Positions 28,569 through 39,763 are shown, counted from the stretch's first letter. The stretch: 64,000 bases of DNA from Reyranella sp. (GCA_052439685.1 JBQVQG010000028.1:541-64540), one strand, 5' to 3'. A program made the numbers and translations. Notes: generated by a model from the letters alone, not told the origin.

Positions 28569-29594
28569 GTGACCGACTTCATCCGCAGCGCCTGCCTCAC
28601 CTCCTATCCGGAACTCGCCCGGTCGCTCGGGCTCGACCCGCTGCGCCTGCTGAAGGAGGCCGGCATCGACCGGCGCTGTCTCGACGATCCCGACGTGAAG
28701 GTGCCGGCCGGCGGCCTGCGCCGGCTGCTGGAGAACGCCGCGCGGGCGGCGGGTGCCGAGGATTTCGGCCTGCGCCTCGCCGAGACACGGTCGCTGTCGA
28801 TCCTGGGGCCGATCGGCCTGCTGGTGCGCGAGGAGCCGACGGTGCGCGACGCGCTGCTGTCGCTGATGCGCTACATCCCGCTGCACAACGAATCGCTCGA
28901 CCTGCGGCTGGAGGAGAGCGAGGGCCTCGCGCTGGCGATCGTCGAGATCCGTGTGCCGCGGCCGGTGCCGCTGCGCCAGGGCACGGAGCTGGCGGTCGGC
29001 GTCCTGCATCGCGTGCTGCAGTCACTGATCGGTCCGCAGTGGCGGCCGTCCCTTTCCTTCATCCACGAGGCACCCGCCCGCCGCGACACGCATCGCCGGC
29101 TGTTCGGCGGCCGGGTCGAGTTCGGGCGCGACTTCAACGGCATCGTCTGCGAGAGCCGCGACCTCGACCGCCGCATCCCGGCCGCCGATCCCGCGCTCGC
29201 GCGCTATGCGCGGCAGCATCTCGAGGCGCTGCTGGCGCGGCCCAACACGCGGCTCTCCGACAAGACGCGCGAGCTGATCTCGCTGCAGCTTGCGACCGGC
29301 CGCTGTACCGACGACCTGGTGGCCGGGCAGTTGAACCTGAATCGCCGCCTGCTGCACCGGCGGCTGGCAGAGGAGGGGCTGACCTTCACCGAGATCCTGG
29401 AGAGCGTACGCACCGGGATCGTCACCCGCGCCTTGTCGAACACCGACCGGCCTCTCAGCGCGCTGGCCGACATGGCGGGCTTCTCCTCGCTCAGCGCCTT
29501 CTCCCGCTGGTTCCGCGACCGTTTCGGCACCGCGCCCTCGGCCTGGCGGAGCACCGCACGGACGCAACTCAAGGGCAGGTCCGAGCGTTATTAA
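28569..29594 (+). CDS. AraC family regulator
   Basis: Same ligand-domain type as 25674..26651; C-terminal GFSSLSAFSRWF...FG..PS.WR; divergent from tauD-like gene. Confidence 0.92.
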   Translation: MTDFIRSACLTSYPELARSLGLDPLRLLKEAGIDRRCLDDPDVKVPAGGLRRLLENAARAAGAEDFGLRLAETRSLSILGPIGLLVREEPTVRDALLSLMRYIPLHNESLDLRLEESEGLALAIVEIRVPRPVPLRQGTELAVGVLHRVLQSLIGPQWRPSLSFIHEAPARRDTHRRLFGGRVEFGRDFNGIVCESRDLDRRIPAADPALARYARQHLEALLARPNTRLSDKTRELISLQLATGRCTDDLVAGQLNLNRRLLHRRLAEEGLTFTEILESVRTGIVTRALSNTDRPLSALADMAGFSSLSAFSRWFRDRFGTAPSAWRSTARTQLKGRSERY

Positions 29595-29682
29595 TCGCAA
29601 GAAATGGCCAATTCCGCCTTGGTTTGGCCCGCAGCGCTTCCGATGATGGTTGTATGCCCGGATATGGGCTGGAGGGAGAGAA

Positions 29683-30030
29683 ATGCTGACGACCTTTGCG
29701 AGGCTTGTGCTTGTTGGCGGCATCGGCATGGCCGCCGCGGCGTGCCAGGGCGATGGCTACGGCCAGCCGACCGGCTATCAGCCCGCGTACAACAACGGCT
29801 ATTACGCGCCGCCGCCGCCGCAACGCTACGCCTATTCGCAGCCCGCGCCGGCCTACTATGGCAACCAGGGCTACGGCTATAACAACGGTTATAATCAGGG
29901 TCCCCGGATGACGACCGTGACCGTCACGAACCGCGGCCAGAACGGCTACGCCGACCAGGTCGTGCAGCAGCAGGTCGCCTGCGGCACCCAGTATTACGAC
30001 GGCTACCGCCAACGCTACGCGCGCTGCTGA
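29683..30030 (+). CDS. Small secreted Tyr/Gly/Gln-rich hypothetical protein (possible lipoprotein)
   Basis: GGAGGGAG RBS, hydrophobic leader ending AAAC, low-complexity body. Confidence 0.65.
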   Translation: MLTTFARLVLVGGIGMAAAACQGDGYGQPTGYQPAYNNGYYAPPPPQRYAYSQPAPAYYGNQGYGYNNGYNQGPRMTTVTVTNRGQNGYADQVVQQQVACGTQYYDGYRQRYARC

Positions 30031-30110
30031 TCCGAGCGGCGGAACGCCGCCGCACCAACGACGCCGCATCGCCTGACAAGAGCCTCCGGGCGAAGGTTTC
30101 CGGAGGTTTC

Positions 30111-31088
30111 TTGTGTAGAAGGATTTTCGTTGCGCTCGGCGTCTCGTTCGTCGGCCCGCCGGTCATCGGCATGGCCGCGGCGAGCGCCCAGGATTTTCCC
30201 GGCAAACCGATCACCATCCTCGTGGGCTACGCGCCCGGTGGAAATATCGACGTGACCGCGCGCACCGTCGGCCAGGCGCTGTCGAAAGTGCTGGGTCAGC
30301 CCTTCGTCATCGAGAACCGCCCGGGTGCCGCCGGCCTGATCGCCCGGACCGCCGCCGCGAAGGCCAAGCCCGACGGCCATACGCTGGTGCTGGCCGGCAC
30401 GGCCAGCCTGGTGCTGGCGCCCCGCCTGGGGGCCAAGCCGCCTTACACGGTGGACGACTTCGCGGGCCTCGGCACCGTTTCGGAGACGCCGCTGGTGATC
30501 GAAGTCCCGGCAACCAGCCGCTTCCAGAGCTTCGCCGAGCTGGCGGCCTTTGCCAAGGCCAACCAGGCAGCGGTGTGGATCGGCCATGCCGGCAACGGCA
30601 CGACCAGCCATCTCGCGCTGCTGCGCCTGGAGCAGCGGCTCGGCGTGACGTTCACCGCCGTTGCCTACAAAGGTGCGGCGGCGGCCACCGCCGACCCGCT
30701 GGGCGGCACCGTCGATGCCGTCGTCGACGAGCTCCCGAACTCGCTCGGCCAGCTGCGCGCCGGCGCCTTCAAACCGCTGGCGGTGACCAGCCTGCAGCGC
30801 GCCGCCGACCTGCCGCAGACACCGACCCTCAACGAGCTCGGCCTGAAGGGCTTCGAGGTCGTCGCCGTCACCGGCCTGCTCGCGCCCGCCAGGACGCCGC
30901 CCGCCACGATCAAGCTGCTGGGCGACGCGCTGCAGAAGGTGCTCGACGATCCCGATGTCCAGGCGAAGCTGAAGGGCCTCGGCAGCGAGCCGCGCGCGCT
31001 GAGCCCCGACGCGTTCGACGCCCTCCTGAAGAAGGAAGACGCTGCCGCGGCGCAGATGATCAAGGATGGGGTGTTGCAGGCGGAGTAG
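30111..31088 (+). CDS. Bug/TctC substrate-binding protein
   Basis: FPGKPITILVGYAPGG..D..AR, ENRPGAAG, DGHTL, YKGAA. Confidence 0.9.
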   Translation: MCRRIFVALGVSFVGPPVIGMAAASAQDFPGKPITILVGYAPGGNIDVTARTVGQALSKVLGQPFVIENRPGAAGLIARTAAAKAKPDGHTLVLAGTASLVLAPRLGAKPPYTVDDFAGLGTVSETPLVIEVPATSRFQSFAELAAFAKANQAAVWIGHAGNGTTSHLALLRLEQRLGVTFTAVAYKGAAAATADPLGGTVDAVVDELPNSLGQLRAGAFKPLAVTSLQRAADLPQTPTLNELGLKGFEVVAVTGLLAPARTPPATIKLLGDALQKVLDDPDVQAKLKGLGSEPRALSPDAFDALLKKEDAAAAQMIKDGVLQAE

Positions 31089-31263
31089 CACGGTCTGGAT
31101 CTTCCTCGAGACGAAGATGTGATCCATGAATGGTTCAGTTGGGCCGTTCGGGCATGATTGATGGCCCGTCGATGGCGAGGGTCATCCCGCATTGCTGACT
31201 CCTTCAAACGTTTGCTGCTCATGCTATGTTGCAACTCGCTCCTGAGGCCTGCGAGATGCTTCG

Positions 31264-31599
31264 TTGATGAACTCGTACCATCGGCTGATTGAATGGATAG
31301 ATCGCCCGTCGGTCCTCCTCCGGCTGGCCATCGCGTTCGTTACCGCGTGGGCGATCTTATTCTCGCAGGTATCCACTCTCGATCGCGTACCGCCCGATTA
31401 CGTCGACAAGGGTGTGTATTGCCTTCACGCCCTGGGCCACACAATGAGCATGGCGCTGTTCAGAAGCCTGTTCCCTTGGCTGGTCGCCGTCCAGATCGCC
31501 GGCGTCATCCTTATCGCGCTGCGCATCGTGCCGCTCGTCTGGATCCCGCTCGCGGTACTGCCGCTGTTCTGGGGCGGCCTGGTCCTGATCTGTCCTTAG
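31264..31599 (+). CDS. Small membrane hypothetical protein
   Basis: 111 aa with about three hydrophobic segments. Confidence 0.55.
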   Translation: MMNSYHRLIEWIDRPSVLLRLAIAFVTAWAILFSQVSTLDRVPPDYVDKGVYCLHALGHTMSMALFRSLFPWLVAVQIAGVILIALRIVPLVWIPLAVLPLFWGGLVLICP

Positions 31600-31689
31600 C
31601 TCGGCAGCGCTCTTAACGGGAACGGCCCAGTGTCGGGGAGGAAAAAGCCAGTGTTAGTGCCAACGACACATACGTCCATGGCATGATAA

Positions 31690-32304
31690 ATGTCAGGCCG
31701 AGACAATCCAAAGTTAGGTCCTCTGATGCAACGTGTTGCGCGAGCGCTTGGTCCGATAGCGGTTTTCGCGGGTGTTGCTCTTGCTCTTGTGCTTGTCGGG
31801 GAACTGGCAAACGAGTTCCGTACCGGAGGGAGTAGAGCCCGATGGTATGACTTCGCATGGCTGTTTGTTCTGTTCGCGTATCTTGCTTCAAGCGTGGTCA
31901 TGCTGGTGATGCGCCTGCAGCAACGAGAATTCTTGAGAGCCGCCTCTTGGGCATTCATCGGCGCGATAACGATCTCGCGTATTCTCTATCCTGAAATCTA
32001 CCGGAGCGCAGAAGACCGGATGATTCCCTACGCGCTGGCAAAGCTGGCGGTTTGCGATATTCCGCAAAAGGCACATTCAAGTTCTGCTTTCACCGTTTGC
32101 TATGCTTATCAGCGATTCCCGTGGGATCGGATCCTGATACGAAGCGCTTCCAACGAGCTACTCCTGCCGGTAGAGCATTGGTCAGAAGGCCTGAAGGCTT
32201 CGCTTGAATCAAATCGACTGACTCAGAATATCGTTTACTGCGGCTATCGTCGGATAACGCAAATAAGCCCTGACTATCTGTTTGTTGAAGTGGCATGTGG
32301 ATAG
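31690..32304 (+). CDS. Membrane protein with soluble Cys-containing C-terminal domain
   Basis: 204 aa, three N-terminal TM segments, lower-GC codon usage. Confidence 0.6.
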   Translation: MSGRDNPKLGPLMQRVARALGPIAVFAGVALALVLVGELANEFRTGGSRARWYDFAWLFVLFAYLASSVVMLVMRLQQREFLRAASWAFIGAITISRILYPEIYRSAEDRMIPYALAKLAVCDIPQKAHSSSAFTVCYAYQRFPWDRILIRSASNELLLPVEHWSEGLKASLESNRLTQNIVYCGYRRITQISPDYLFVEVACG

Positions 32305-32587
32305 GTTTGCTTCTCCTGCCTGTTGTCACCGCCACATTCGCCTTTTGGTGGTTTGACGTTCGCAAACCGGTCAGTCGCCAATGAAGTGGGAATCGATGAC
32401 TGGCAGGAGAGAAGGCGGAAGCAATGACTCTGGGCTGCGCGCTTGGGACTCTTGCTGTCTTCGGCGCTCTGGGAGCGGGTACCATCAGCCAGATTCTTGA
32501 CGAATTCCCGCCGCTCACCGCTCGCCCCCATCCGCCAATCCGGCTAAACACCATCCCGCTGTCTTAGCGTCGGGAGAGGGTGCCTCA

Positions 32588-33553
32588 ATGAAAAACAGCC
32601 CACGAATCATCATCAACTCCGACGTGCTCGCGCCCGCCGCGCTGGCGTTGCTCGAGGCGCGTGGCGCCGAGGTGCGTATGTTGCCGACGCGGGCCACCGA
32701 GGCCGAGATGATCGCGGCGGTGGCGGAGGCGCCGACGCATGCGATCCTGGTGCGGACCACCAAGATCACGCCGGCTGTCTATAACGCCGCGCCCGACCTG
32801 CGGGTCGTGTCCAAGCACGGCGTCGGCTACGACAATATCGACGTTGCAGCCGCCAGTGCGCGCGGCATCGCGGTGCTGCGCACCCACGGCGCCAATGCCC
32901 GCTCGGTGGCCGAGCTGGCGCTGGGAATGATGATCTCGGTGCTGCGCTACATGGCGCCGTTCGACACCGCGCTGAAGCAGGGCACCTGGCCGCAATCGGC
33001 CTTCATGGGCCGCGAGCTGTCAGGCTCGAAGCTCGCTATTGTCGGCTGCGGCGCCGTCGGCTCGTCGCTGGTGGCACTCTGCCGGCCGTTCGATCTCGAG
33101 ATCCGGATCTACGATCCCTACCTCTTGCCCGACGCAATCCCCGAGGGCGTCGGCCGCGTCGATGTCCTGGGCGAGCTGCTCGAATGGGCGGACATCGTCA
33201 GCCTGCATTGTCCGCTGACCGAGGAGACCGACCGCATGATCGATGCGGCGGCGCTCGCCCGCATGCGTAAGGGTACGTTCCTGGTGAATGCCGGGCGCGG
33301 CCCGCTGGTCGACGACGTGGCCCTCGTGGCGGCGCTGGAGAGCGGCCATCTCGCCGGCGCCGCGCTCGACACTTTCGTCGTCGAGCCGCCCAATCCCGAT
33401 CATCCGCTGTGGAAGCAGAAGAACGTCGTCTTCACGCCACATATCGGCGGCTCGACCCGCCAGTCGCTGGAGAGGGTCGCCGTGCAGGCGGTCGAGAACA
33501 TCTTCTACGTGCTCGATGGCACGCCGCTGCCGGCGAAGTGCGTGGTGGGGTGA
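32588..33553 (+). CDS. D-isomer-specific 2-hydroxyacid dehydrogenase (SerA-like)
   Basis: KHGVGYDNID, GCGAVG, SLHCPLT..T, VNAGRG, AALDTF..EP, TPHIGG. Confidence 0.93.
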   Translation: MKNSPRIIINSDVLAPAALALLEARGAEVRMLPTRATEAEMIAAVAEAPTHAILVRTTKITPAVYNAAPDLRVVSKHGVGYDNIDVAAASARGIAVLRTHGANARSVAELALGMMISVLRYMAPFDTALKQGTWPQSAFMGRELSGSKLAIVGCGAVGSSLVALCRPFDLEIRIYDPYLLPDAIPEGVGRVDVLGELLEWADIVSLHCPLTEETDRMIDAAALARMRKGTFLVNAGRGPLVDDVALVAALESGHLAGAALDTFVVEPPNPDHPLWKQKNVVFTPHIGGSTRQSLERVAVQAVENIFYVLDGTPLPAKCVVG

Positions 33554-33583
33554 GAGCGGTCGGCCTGTGCGCCCCGCACACCA

Positions 33584-33692
33584 CCTCATCCTGAGGAGGT
33601 CGCGCAGCGACCGTCTCGAAGGATGGGCGTCAGGCGGGGTGCTCGTTCGACCCTTCGAGACGCGCTCCAGAGGAGCGCTCCTCAGGGTGAGG
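33584..33692. repeat. Palindromic intergenic repeat, family B copy 1
   Basis: CCTCATCCTGAGGAG...GTCTCGAAGG...CCTTCGAGAC...CTCCTCAGGGTGAGG between convergent genes. Confidence 0.88.
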
Positions 33693-33697
33693 GCGGG

Positions 33698-35902
33698 TTA
33701 CCCGACGTCCGGCATCTCCTCCAAAAGCTTGTCCAGCGTGATCGGATAGTCGCGCACCCGGACGCCGGTGGCGTTGTAGATCGCGTTCGCCACGGCGGCG
33801 GCGACGCCGCAGATGCCGAGTTCGCCGACGCCCTTGGCCTTCATCGGCGAGGACAGGGGATCGGTCTCGTCGAGGAAGATCACTTCCTGGTGCGGGATGT
33901 CGGCGTGCACCGGCACCTCGTAACCCGCGAGGTCGTGGTTGACGAAGAAGCCGTGGCGCGTGTCGACCGCCAGCTCCTCCATCAGCGCCGCGCCGGCGCC
34001 CATGGTCATGGCGCCGATCACCTGGCTGCGCGCCGATTTCGGGTTGAGGATGCGGCCCGAGGCGCAGACCGCCAGCATGCGCCGGATCCGCACCTCGGCG
34101 GTATCGGCATCGACGGCCACCTCGACGAAATGCCCGCCGAAGGTCGACAGCTGATGCTTCTTGTCGAGGCCGCCGAACTCGATCGCATCCTCGGCCACCA
34201 GCTCAGTCCCCCTGGCCGCCTCGGCGAGCGCGATGCGGCGGTCGCCCGAGCGGACCTGGCCGTCGGCGAATTGCGCGTCGGCGGCGTTGAGGCCGAGCTT
34301 GGCGGTAACCGCCTCGCGCAGCTTCAGGCAGGCGGCGTAGACGCCGGCGGTCGAGGAGTTGCCGCCGAACTGGCCGCCCGACCCGGCCGACACCGGGAAA
34401 GCCGAATCGCCCAGCCGCACCACCACCTTGTCGAGCGGCACGCCCATCATCTCGGCGGCGGTCTGGGCGATGATCGTGTAGCTGCCGGTGCCGATGTCGG
34501 TCATGTCGGTCTCGACGGTGACGACGCCCTTTGCGTCGAGCCGCACCCGCGCGCCCGACTTGATCACCGGCGACCCGCGATAGGCAGCGGCCATGCCGAG
34601 GCCGACCAGCGAGCGCCCGTCGCGCGCCTGCCGCGGCGTGGCCTTGCGGGCCGACCAGCCGAAGCGCTCGGCCCCGGTCCGCAGGCACTCGGTGAGCTGG
34701 CGCTGGGAGAAGGGGCGTGTGGGCCGCTCGGGATCGACCTGGGTGTCGTTGCGGATACGGAACTCGATCGGATCGAGGCCGAGCTTCTCGGCCATCTCGT
34801 CCATCGCGATCTCCAGCGCCATCATGCCGGGCGCCTCGCCGGGCGCGCGCATCGAATTGCCCTCGGGCAGATCGAGCACGGCCAGCCGCTGGCGGGTCAG
34901 CCGGTTGGCGCCGGCATAGAGCAGCCGCGTCTGCATGATCGCGGTTTCCGGCTTGCCCTCGGGCAGGTCGCCCGACCAGCTGTCATGGCCGATCGCCGTG
35001 ATCGTGCCGTCCTTCGCCGCCCCGATGCGCAGGCGCTGGATCGTTGCCGGACGGTGGGTGGTGTTGTTCATCATCAGGGGCCGCTGCAGCGCCACCTTGA
35101 CCGGGCGCCTGGCTGCTCGCGCGCCGAGCGCCGCCAGCACCGCGTCGGCACGCACCCACAGCTTGCCGCCGAAGCCACCGCCGATATACGGCGACATCAG
35201 GTGGACCTTGTCCTTGGGCATATGCAGGGTCTTCGCCACGTCGCCGACGCTCCAGGCGATCATCTGGTTCGAGGTCCACAGCGAGAGCCTGTCGCCCTTC
35301 CACGAAGCGATTGTGGCGTGCGGCTCCATCATCGCGTGCGACTGGTCGGGCGTGGTGTAGGTGGCATCGAGCTGCACCGGCGCGGCGGCAAAGGCTGCGT
35401 CGAAATCGCCGACCGCACTGTCGGCGGGCTCGTCGTCCGTGCCGGCGGGCTTGGCCTTGTCGCGGGATGCCGCGAGATCGAAGGCGCCCTTGGCCGGCGT
35501 GTACGCGACCTCGATCAGCCCGGCGGCATGGCGCGCCTGCTCGAAGGTCTCGGCGACGACCAGGGCGACGGCCTGGTGATAGTGCTCGATGTCGGGTCCG
35601 CCCAGCAGCGTCGCTGTATTGTACTCGCCCTTGCCGAGCTTGCCGGCATTCTCCGCCGTGACGATGGCCAGCACGCCGGGCGCGGCCTTTGCGGCGGCGA
35701 TATCCATGGAGGCGATGCGGCCCTTGGCGATGGCCGATCCCAGCACATGGCCATAGGCCGCGTCGGGCGCCACGTCGTGACGCTCATAGGCATAGGGCGC
35801 GGTGCCCGTGGTCTTCAGCGGTCCCTCGATGCGGTCGAGCGGCTGGCCGACGATCTTCAGCCGGTCGATCGGATTGGTCGTGGCGGGCGTGTCGAATTTC
35901 AT
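33698..35902 (-). CDS. paoC: Aldehyde oxidoreductase molybdopterin subunit PaoC/YagR
   Basis: KTTGTAPYAYE, H..MEPH, GGGFGGK, MRAPGE, DIGTGSYT, AKGVGELGI. Confidence 0.95.
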   Translation of the reverse strand: MKFDTPATTNPIDRLKIVGQPLDRIEGPLKTTGTAPYAYERHDVAPDAAYGHVLGSAIAKGRIASMDIAAAKAAPGVLAIVTAENAGKLGKGEYNTATLLGGPDIEHYHQAVALVVAETFEQARHAAGLIEVAYTPAKGAFDLAASRDKAKPAGTDDEPADSAVGDFDAAFAAAPVQLDATYTTPDQSHAMMEPHATIASWKGDRLSLWTSNQMIAWSVGDVAKTLHMPKDKVHLMSPYIGGGFGGKLWVRADAVLAALGARAARRPVKVALQRPLMMNNTTHRPATIQRLRIGAAKDGTITAIGHDSWSGDLPEGKPETAIMQTRLLYAGANRLTRQRLAVLDLPEGNSMRAPGEAPGMMALEIAMDEMAEKLGLDPIEFRIRNDTQVDPERPTRPFSQRQLTECLRTGAERFGWSARKATPRQARDGRSLVGLGMAAAYRGSPVIKSGARVRLDAKGVVTVETDMTDIGTGSYTIIAQTAAEMMGVPLDKVVVRLGDSAFPVSAGSGGQFGGNSSTAGVYAACLKLREAVTAKLGLNAADAQFADGQVRSGDRRIALAEAARGTELVAEDAIEFGGLDKKHQLSTFGGHFVEVAVDADTAEVRIRRMLAVCASGRILNPKSARSQVIGAMTMGAGAALMEELAVDTRHGFFVNHDLAGYEVPVHADIPHQEVIFLDETDPLSSPMKAKGVGELGICGVAAAVANAIYNATGVRVRDYPITLDKLLEEMPDVG

Positions 35903-35905
35903 GGC

Positions 35906-36856
35906 TCAGCCCTTCGCGTCGGCCAGCACGGCGGCGAGCGCGCGCTCGGCCAGCGGCAGTTTGAACTTGTTCTCTTCGGTGGGTTTTGCACCGGCGAGCA
36001 GCCTGGCCATCACCGGCTTCGCCCCGCGCGCCATGTCTGCTTCGGCGTCCTCGTTGCGCCACGGCTTGGGCGCCACGCCGCCCAGCGCCACCCGGCCGCT
36101 GCCGTCGGGCTGGACGATGGCGGCGACCGAGACGAGGGCGAAGGCGTAGGACGCGCGGTCGCGCACCTTGCGATAGTGATGCGTGCCGCCGGCCGGCTTG
36201 GGCAGCGTGACCGACGTGATCAGTTCGCCGCGCTCCAGCACCGTCTCGATCTCGGGCGTGTCGCCGGGCAGGCGATGGAAGTCGGCGATCGGGATGGTGC
36301 GCGTTTGGCCCTTGGGTGTCATCGTCTCCACCGTGGCGTCGAGGACGCGCATCGCCACCGGCATGTCGCCGGGATGGGTGGCGATGCAGGCGTTGCTGCC
36401 GCCCACCACCGCGAGCTGGCGGCTGTAGCCGCCCAGCGCCGAACAGCCGCTGCCGGGGCGGCGTTTGTTGCACGCCATGTTGGTGTCGTAGAAATAGGGA
36501 CAGCGCGTGCGCTGCAGGAGATTGCCCGCCGTCGTGGCGCGGTTGCGCAACTGGCCCGAGGCGCCCGACAGCAGCGCGCGCGACAGAACCGCATAGTCGC
36601 GCCGCACCCGCGCATCGGCGGCGAGATCGGTGTTGCGCACCAGGGCGCCGATGCGCAGGCCGCCGTCCGGTTTCGCCTCGATCTTGTCGAGGCCGAGGCC
36701 ATTGACGTCGATCAGATGCGCCGGCGTCTCGATCTGCAGCTTCATCAGGTCGAGTAGGTTGGTGCCGCCGGCGATGAAGCGCGCGTCCGGCCGGTCCGCG
36801 GCCGCGCGGGCGGCCTCGGCGGGCGAGGCGGCGCGTTCGTAGGTGAAGGGCTTCAT
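35906..36856 (-). CDS. paoB: FAD-binding subunit PaoB/YagS
   Basis: [56 protein letters not shown]. Confidence 0.95.
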   Translation of the reverse strand: MKPFTYERAASPAEAARAAADRPDARFIAGGTNLLDLMKLQIETPAHLIDVNGLGLDKIEAKPDGGLRIGALVRNTDLAADARVRRDYAVLSRALLSGASGQLRNRATTAGNLLQRTRCPYFYDTNMACNKRRPGSGCSALGGYSRQLAVVGGSNACIATHPGDMPVAMRVLDATVETMTPKGQTRTIPIADFHRLPGDTPEIETVLERGELITSVTLPKPAGGTHHYRKVRDRASYAFALVSVAAIVQPDGSGRVALGGVAPKPWRNEDAEADMARGAKPVMARLLAGAKPTEENKFKLPLAERALAAVLADAKG

Positions 36857-37515
36857 GCCTTCCTCCCGGCGACGTCGCCGATGGCCTCGACGATGTTGGA
36901 ATAGGCGCCGCAGCGGCAGATGTTGCCGCTCATGCGCTCGCGCAGCTCGGCGTCGTCGAGCGGGGGCTTGGCATTGAGGTCGGCGGTGACATGGCTCGGG
37001 ATGCCGGCCTCGATCTCCGCCAGCACCGCGACTGCCGAGCAGATCTGGCCCGGCGTGCAGTAGCCGCACTGGTAGCCGTCATGCTTCACGAAGGCGGCCT
37101 GCATCGGATGCAGCTTGTCGGGCGTGCCCAACCCCTCGATGGTGGTGATCTCGCCGCCCTGGTGCATGACCGCCAGCGTCAGGCAGGAATTGATGCGCCG
37201 CCCGTCGAGGATCACCGTGCAGGCGCCGCACTGGCCGTGATCGCAGCCCTTCTTGGTGCCGCCGAGATGCAGCCCCTCGCGCAGCGCGTCGAGCAGGGTC
37301 GTGCGCGGATCGAGTTCGAGATCGCGCGGCTTGCCGTTGACGGTGAAGGAAATTTTCAGCGCCGGTACGGCGCCACTCGACGGCGCCTGCGGGGCAGGGG
37401 GAGCGGGAGTCGTCTGCGCCCCGGCCCGTGGGGCCACGGCGCCGACTGCCGCCGTGGCGACGGTCGCCGCCATCAGGGTGCGTCTTTTCACATCGTTTTC
37501 GCGGGGGCTTGCCAT
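36853..37515 (-). CDS. paoA: 2Fe-2S subunit PaoA/YagT with Tat signal
   Basis: KRRTL leader, [33 protein letters not shown]. Confidence 0.95.
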   Translation of the reverse strand: MASPRENDVKRRTLMAATVATAAVGAVAPRAGAQTTPAPPAPQAPSSGAVPALKISFTVNGKPRDLELDPRTTLLDALREGLHLGGTKKGCDHGQCGACTVILDGRRINSCLTLAVMHQGGEITTIEGLGTPDKLHPMQAAFVKHDGYQCGYCTPGQICSAVAVLAEIEAGIPSHVTADLNAKPPLDDAELRERMSGNICRCGAYSNIVEAIGDVAGRKA

Positions 37516-37786
37516 GGCTGGCTCCTGCTGGGGTGGCGCCGGTGCGGGTTCAGGCCGCTCAACGCCGCCTCCGCCGCCATCGTTGCGCCGATTCCCAGGC
37601 CGCTTTTGCCGCGCGCGGGTTGTAGATCGGTGATGCCTGGAAGGTGACCGATCGAGGCTCGCGGCGTGCCTGACGGCGGCCCGGACGGTTCTTGCAATCC
37701 CCAGCCGCGCTTCCCCCTAATGGGACCGTCCGCTCTCAAGCACGCGGTCACTGAATATTTTCGGATTCTCGCGAGCAGTACAACCA

Positions 37787-38005
37787 ATGCACCCACATTC
37801 CCTGTCCATCGCTGCGGATCTATTGCTCTTCACGGTCTTCTTCGGGGGCATCGCCTGGATAGGCCGCGTGACGTCCGGCTCGCGGAAACTTCTCGCCCGC
37901 CAAGGTGACCCCAAAGGGTTCTGGATCGCTGTTGTCGCGTATCTGGCTCTGATGCTGTGGGGCCTGAAAGCCTGCCCGAAATGCTCGATCGGGTGGCCGC
38001 AATGA
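37787..38005 (+). CDS. Small membrane hypothetical protein
   Basis: 72 aa with two hydrophobic segments. Confidence 0.45.
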   Translation: MHPHSLSIAADLLLFTVFFGGIAWIGRVTSGSRKLLARQGDPKGFWIAVVAYLALMLWGLKACPKCSIGWPQ

Positions 38006-38303
38006 ACACCGAGCTGAAGAAGCAGTCCGCCAGTCCCTGAAGAGAACCTGCCCGGCCGCCTATCTATTCGAGGCGATCAACTTCGGGGCGACGACGATCA
38101 GCGTGCAGCTGCCCTTTGGTGGGCGACCAGCGACAAGCGCTCGATGGCGGAGGCAATGCGCCGAAAGCTTCACTGACGCTTCAATGTCTAGCGTTTCTAT
38201 CGGCCGCCGGCGCGAAATATGATGACTCTTCCTCGCGAGTGATCACAGAATACTCGGCGGGAGGGAGTACTACCGACAGGGGTAAGTCAGAGGGGGTAGC
38301 GTT

Positions 38304-38756
38304 ATGGGTGCCTTGGGATGGACGATCTACCGGCCGGAACAGCTGGTCGTGATTCGCGGCATCGGCGTATTCGACATCTACTTTGCGACGGCGTTTCGAG
38401 AGGCCATGCGTGCAGAGGGCGCAGCAGGCTTTTGCAAGTTGTTCGATCTCAGCCGGGTCGACATCAAGCTGAGCAACCAGGACATGGAGAGCATGGTCGC
38501 CAGTACGCGCCTGGGAGGACCTATCCGGTCTGGGCCCATCGCGATTTATTTGGGCAAGACCCCGCCGCCGCTTCTGGTGGACATGGCGATCCTGCTGAAA
38601 GACCGGATAGGACACCGTCGGCGTATCCGCCTCTTCACGGACCAGGCTCTTGCGAGACAGTGGCTCGCCGGGGAGGGGCCAGCCCTAAACCCTCCCCATG
38701 AGGTCTTTCAGCTCCCGTCGAGAGGTGCGACGAAGGCCGGCAACGTGAGGCGTTGA
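38304..38756 (+). CDS. Hypothetical protein, possibly STAS/SpoIIAA-like fold
   Basis: KLFDLS...IAIYLG...IRLF....A..WL pattern. Confidence 0.55.
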   Translation: MGALGWTIYRPEQLVVIRGIGVFDIYFATAFREAMRAEGAAGFCKLFDLSRVDIKLSNQDMESMVASTRLGGPIRSGPIAIYLGKTPPPLLVDMAILLKDRIGHRRRIRLFTDQALARQWLAGEGPALNPPHEVFQLPSRGATKAGNVRR

Positions 38757-38792
38757 GGCGGTCTGCGCACGCGGTGCTGAGGTGACGCAGCC

Positions 38793-39710
38793 TCAGGACG
38801 CAGGCGCGTCCATCACATCCAGCAGGCCCGGCCGCACGCCCAGCTGCTCGACGAGCTGATCGAGCTTGCGGCGGGCGACGGGATTGCTCTGCTGGTGGCG
38901 GGTCGCGAGGATCAGTTCGTTCTTCAGCGTGTGTTCGAGGCCGGTGAACTCGGTGACGCGCACCTTGTAGCCCTTGGCTTCGAGCACCAGGCCGCGCAGC
39001 ACGTTGGTGGCATGGGCGCCGAACTCGCGGCGGTGCATCGGATGGCGCCACAGCTGGTCGATCGGCCCCGGCTTCGCATGCTCGAGCAGCGACGCGACCT
39101 CGGCCTGGCAGCAGGGGATCAGCGCCACCACCTTGGCCTCGTGGCGCAACGCGAAGCGGATCGCATCGTCGGTGGCGGTGTCGCAGGCATGCAGCGCCGT
39201 CACCATGTCGGCGCGGCCCCCCTCGGCGTGACCACCCGGCAGCACCGTGTCGGCGATGCCGCCGGCCACGAAAGACATGCGCTCGAAGCCGCAGGCTTTC
39301 GCGAGCTGCTGCGAGCGCTCGACCAGTTCGGCGCGCACGTCGATGCCGACGATCGAGCCGCGCCCGGCCGGGCCGATCACCAGATCGTAGAGGATGAAGC
39401 CGAGATAGGATTTGCCGGTGCCGAGATCGGCGATCACCGGATCGTTTCCGTCTTCACCGTTCTCTGGCGCCAGCAGCGCGTCGATCGAGGGGCGCAGCAG
39501 CTGCACGAGATGCAGCACCTGCTTCAGCTTGCGCCGCGTGTCGAGGTTCAGCCCGCCGTCGCGCGTCAGCACGTGCAGCGCCTTCAGGAGCGTCACGGAA
39601 CTCTCGCGCGCCGGCCCCGGCCACATCTCCGCCAGCACCTTCTGCGCGGCGATCACGTCCGGCCGTTCGCGGGAGGAGGGCGGCCGCTTGTGGGAGTGCT
39701 GCTTGGTCAT
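38793..39710 (-). CDS. Class I SAM-dependent methyltransferase
   Basis: DLGTGKSYLGFILYD, GIDVR, ALHACDTATDDA, PCCQ. Confidence 0.88.
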   Translation of the reverse strand: MTKQHSHKRPPSSRERPDVIAAQKVLAEMWPGPARESSVTLLKALHVLTRDGGLNLDTRRKLKQVLHLVQLLRPSIDALLAPENGEDGNDPVIADLGTGKSYLGFILYDLVIGPAGRGSIVGIDVRAELVERSQQLAKACGFERMSFVAGGIADTVLPGGHAEGGRADMVTALHACDTATDDAIRFALRHEAKVVALIPCCQAEVASLLEHAKPGPIDQLWRHPMHRREFGAHATNVLRGLVLEAKGYKVRVTEFTGLEHTLKNELILATRHQQSNPVARRKLDQLVEQLGVRPGLLDVMDAPAS

Positions 39711-39763
39711 CGGGGGAGCTTGTGGGCGAGACCGCAGGTCGCCGCAAGCTCCCCGCTGCGTTT

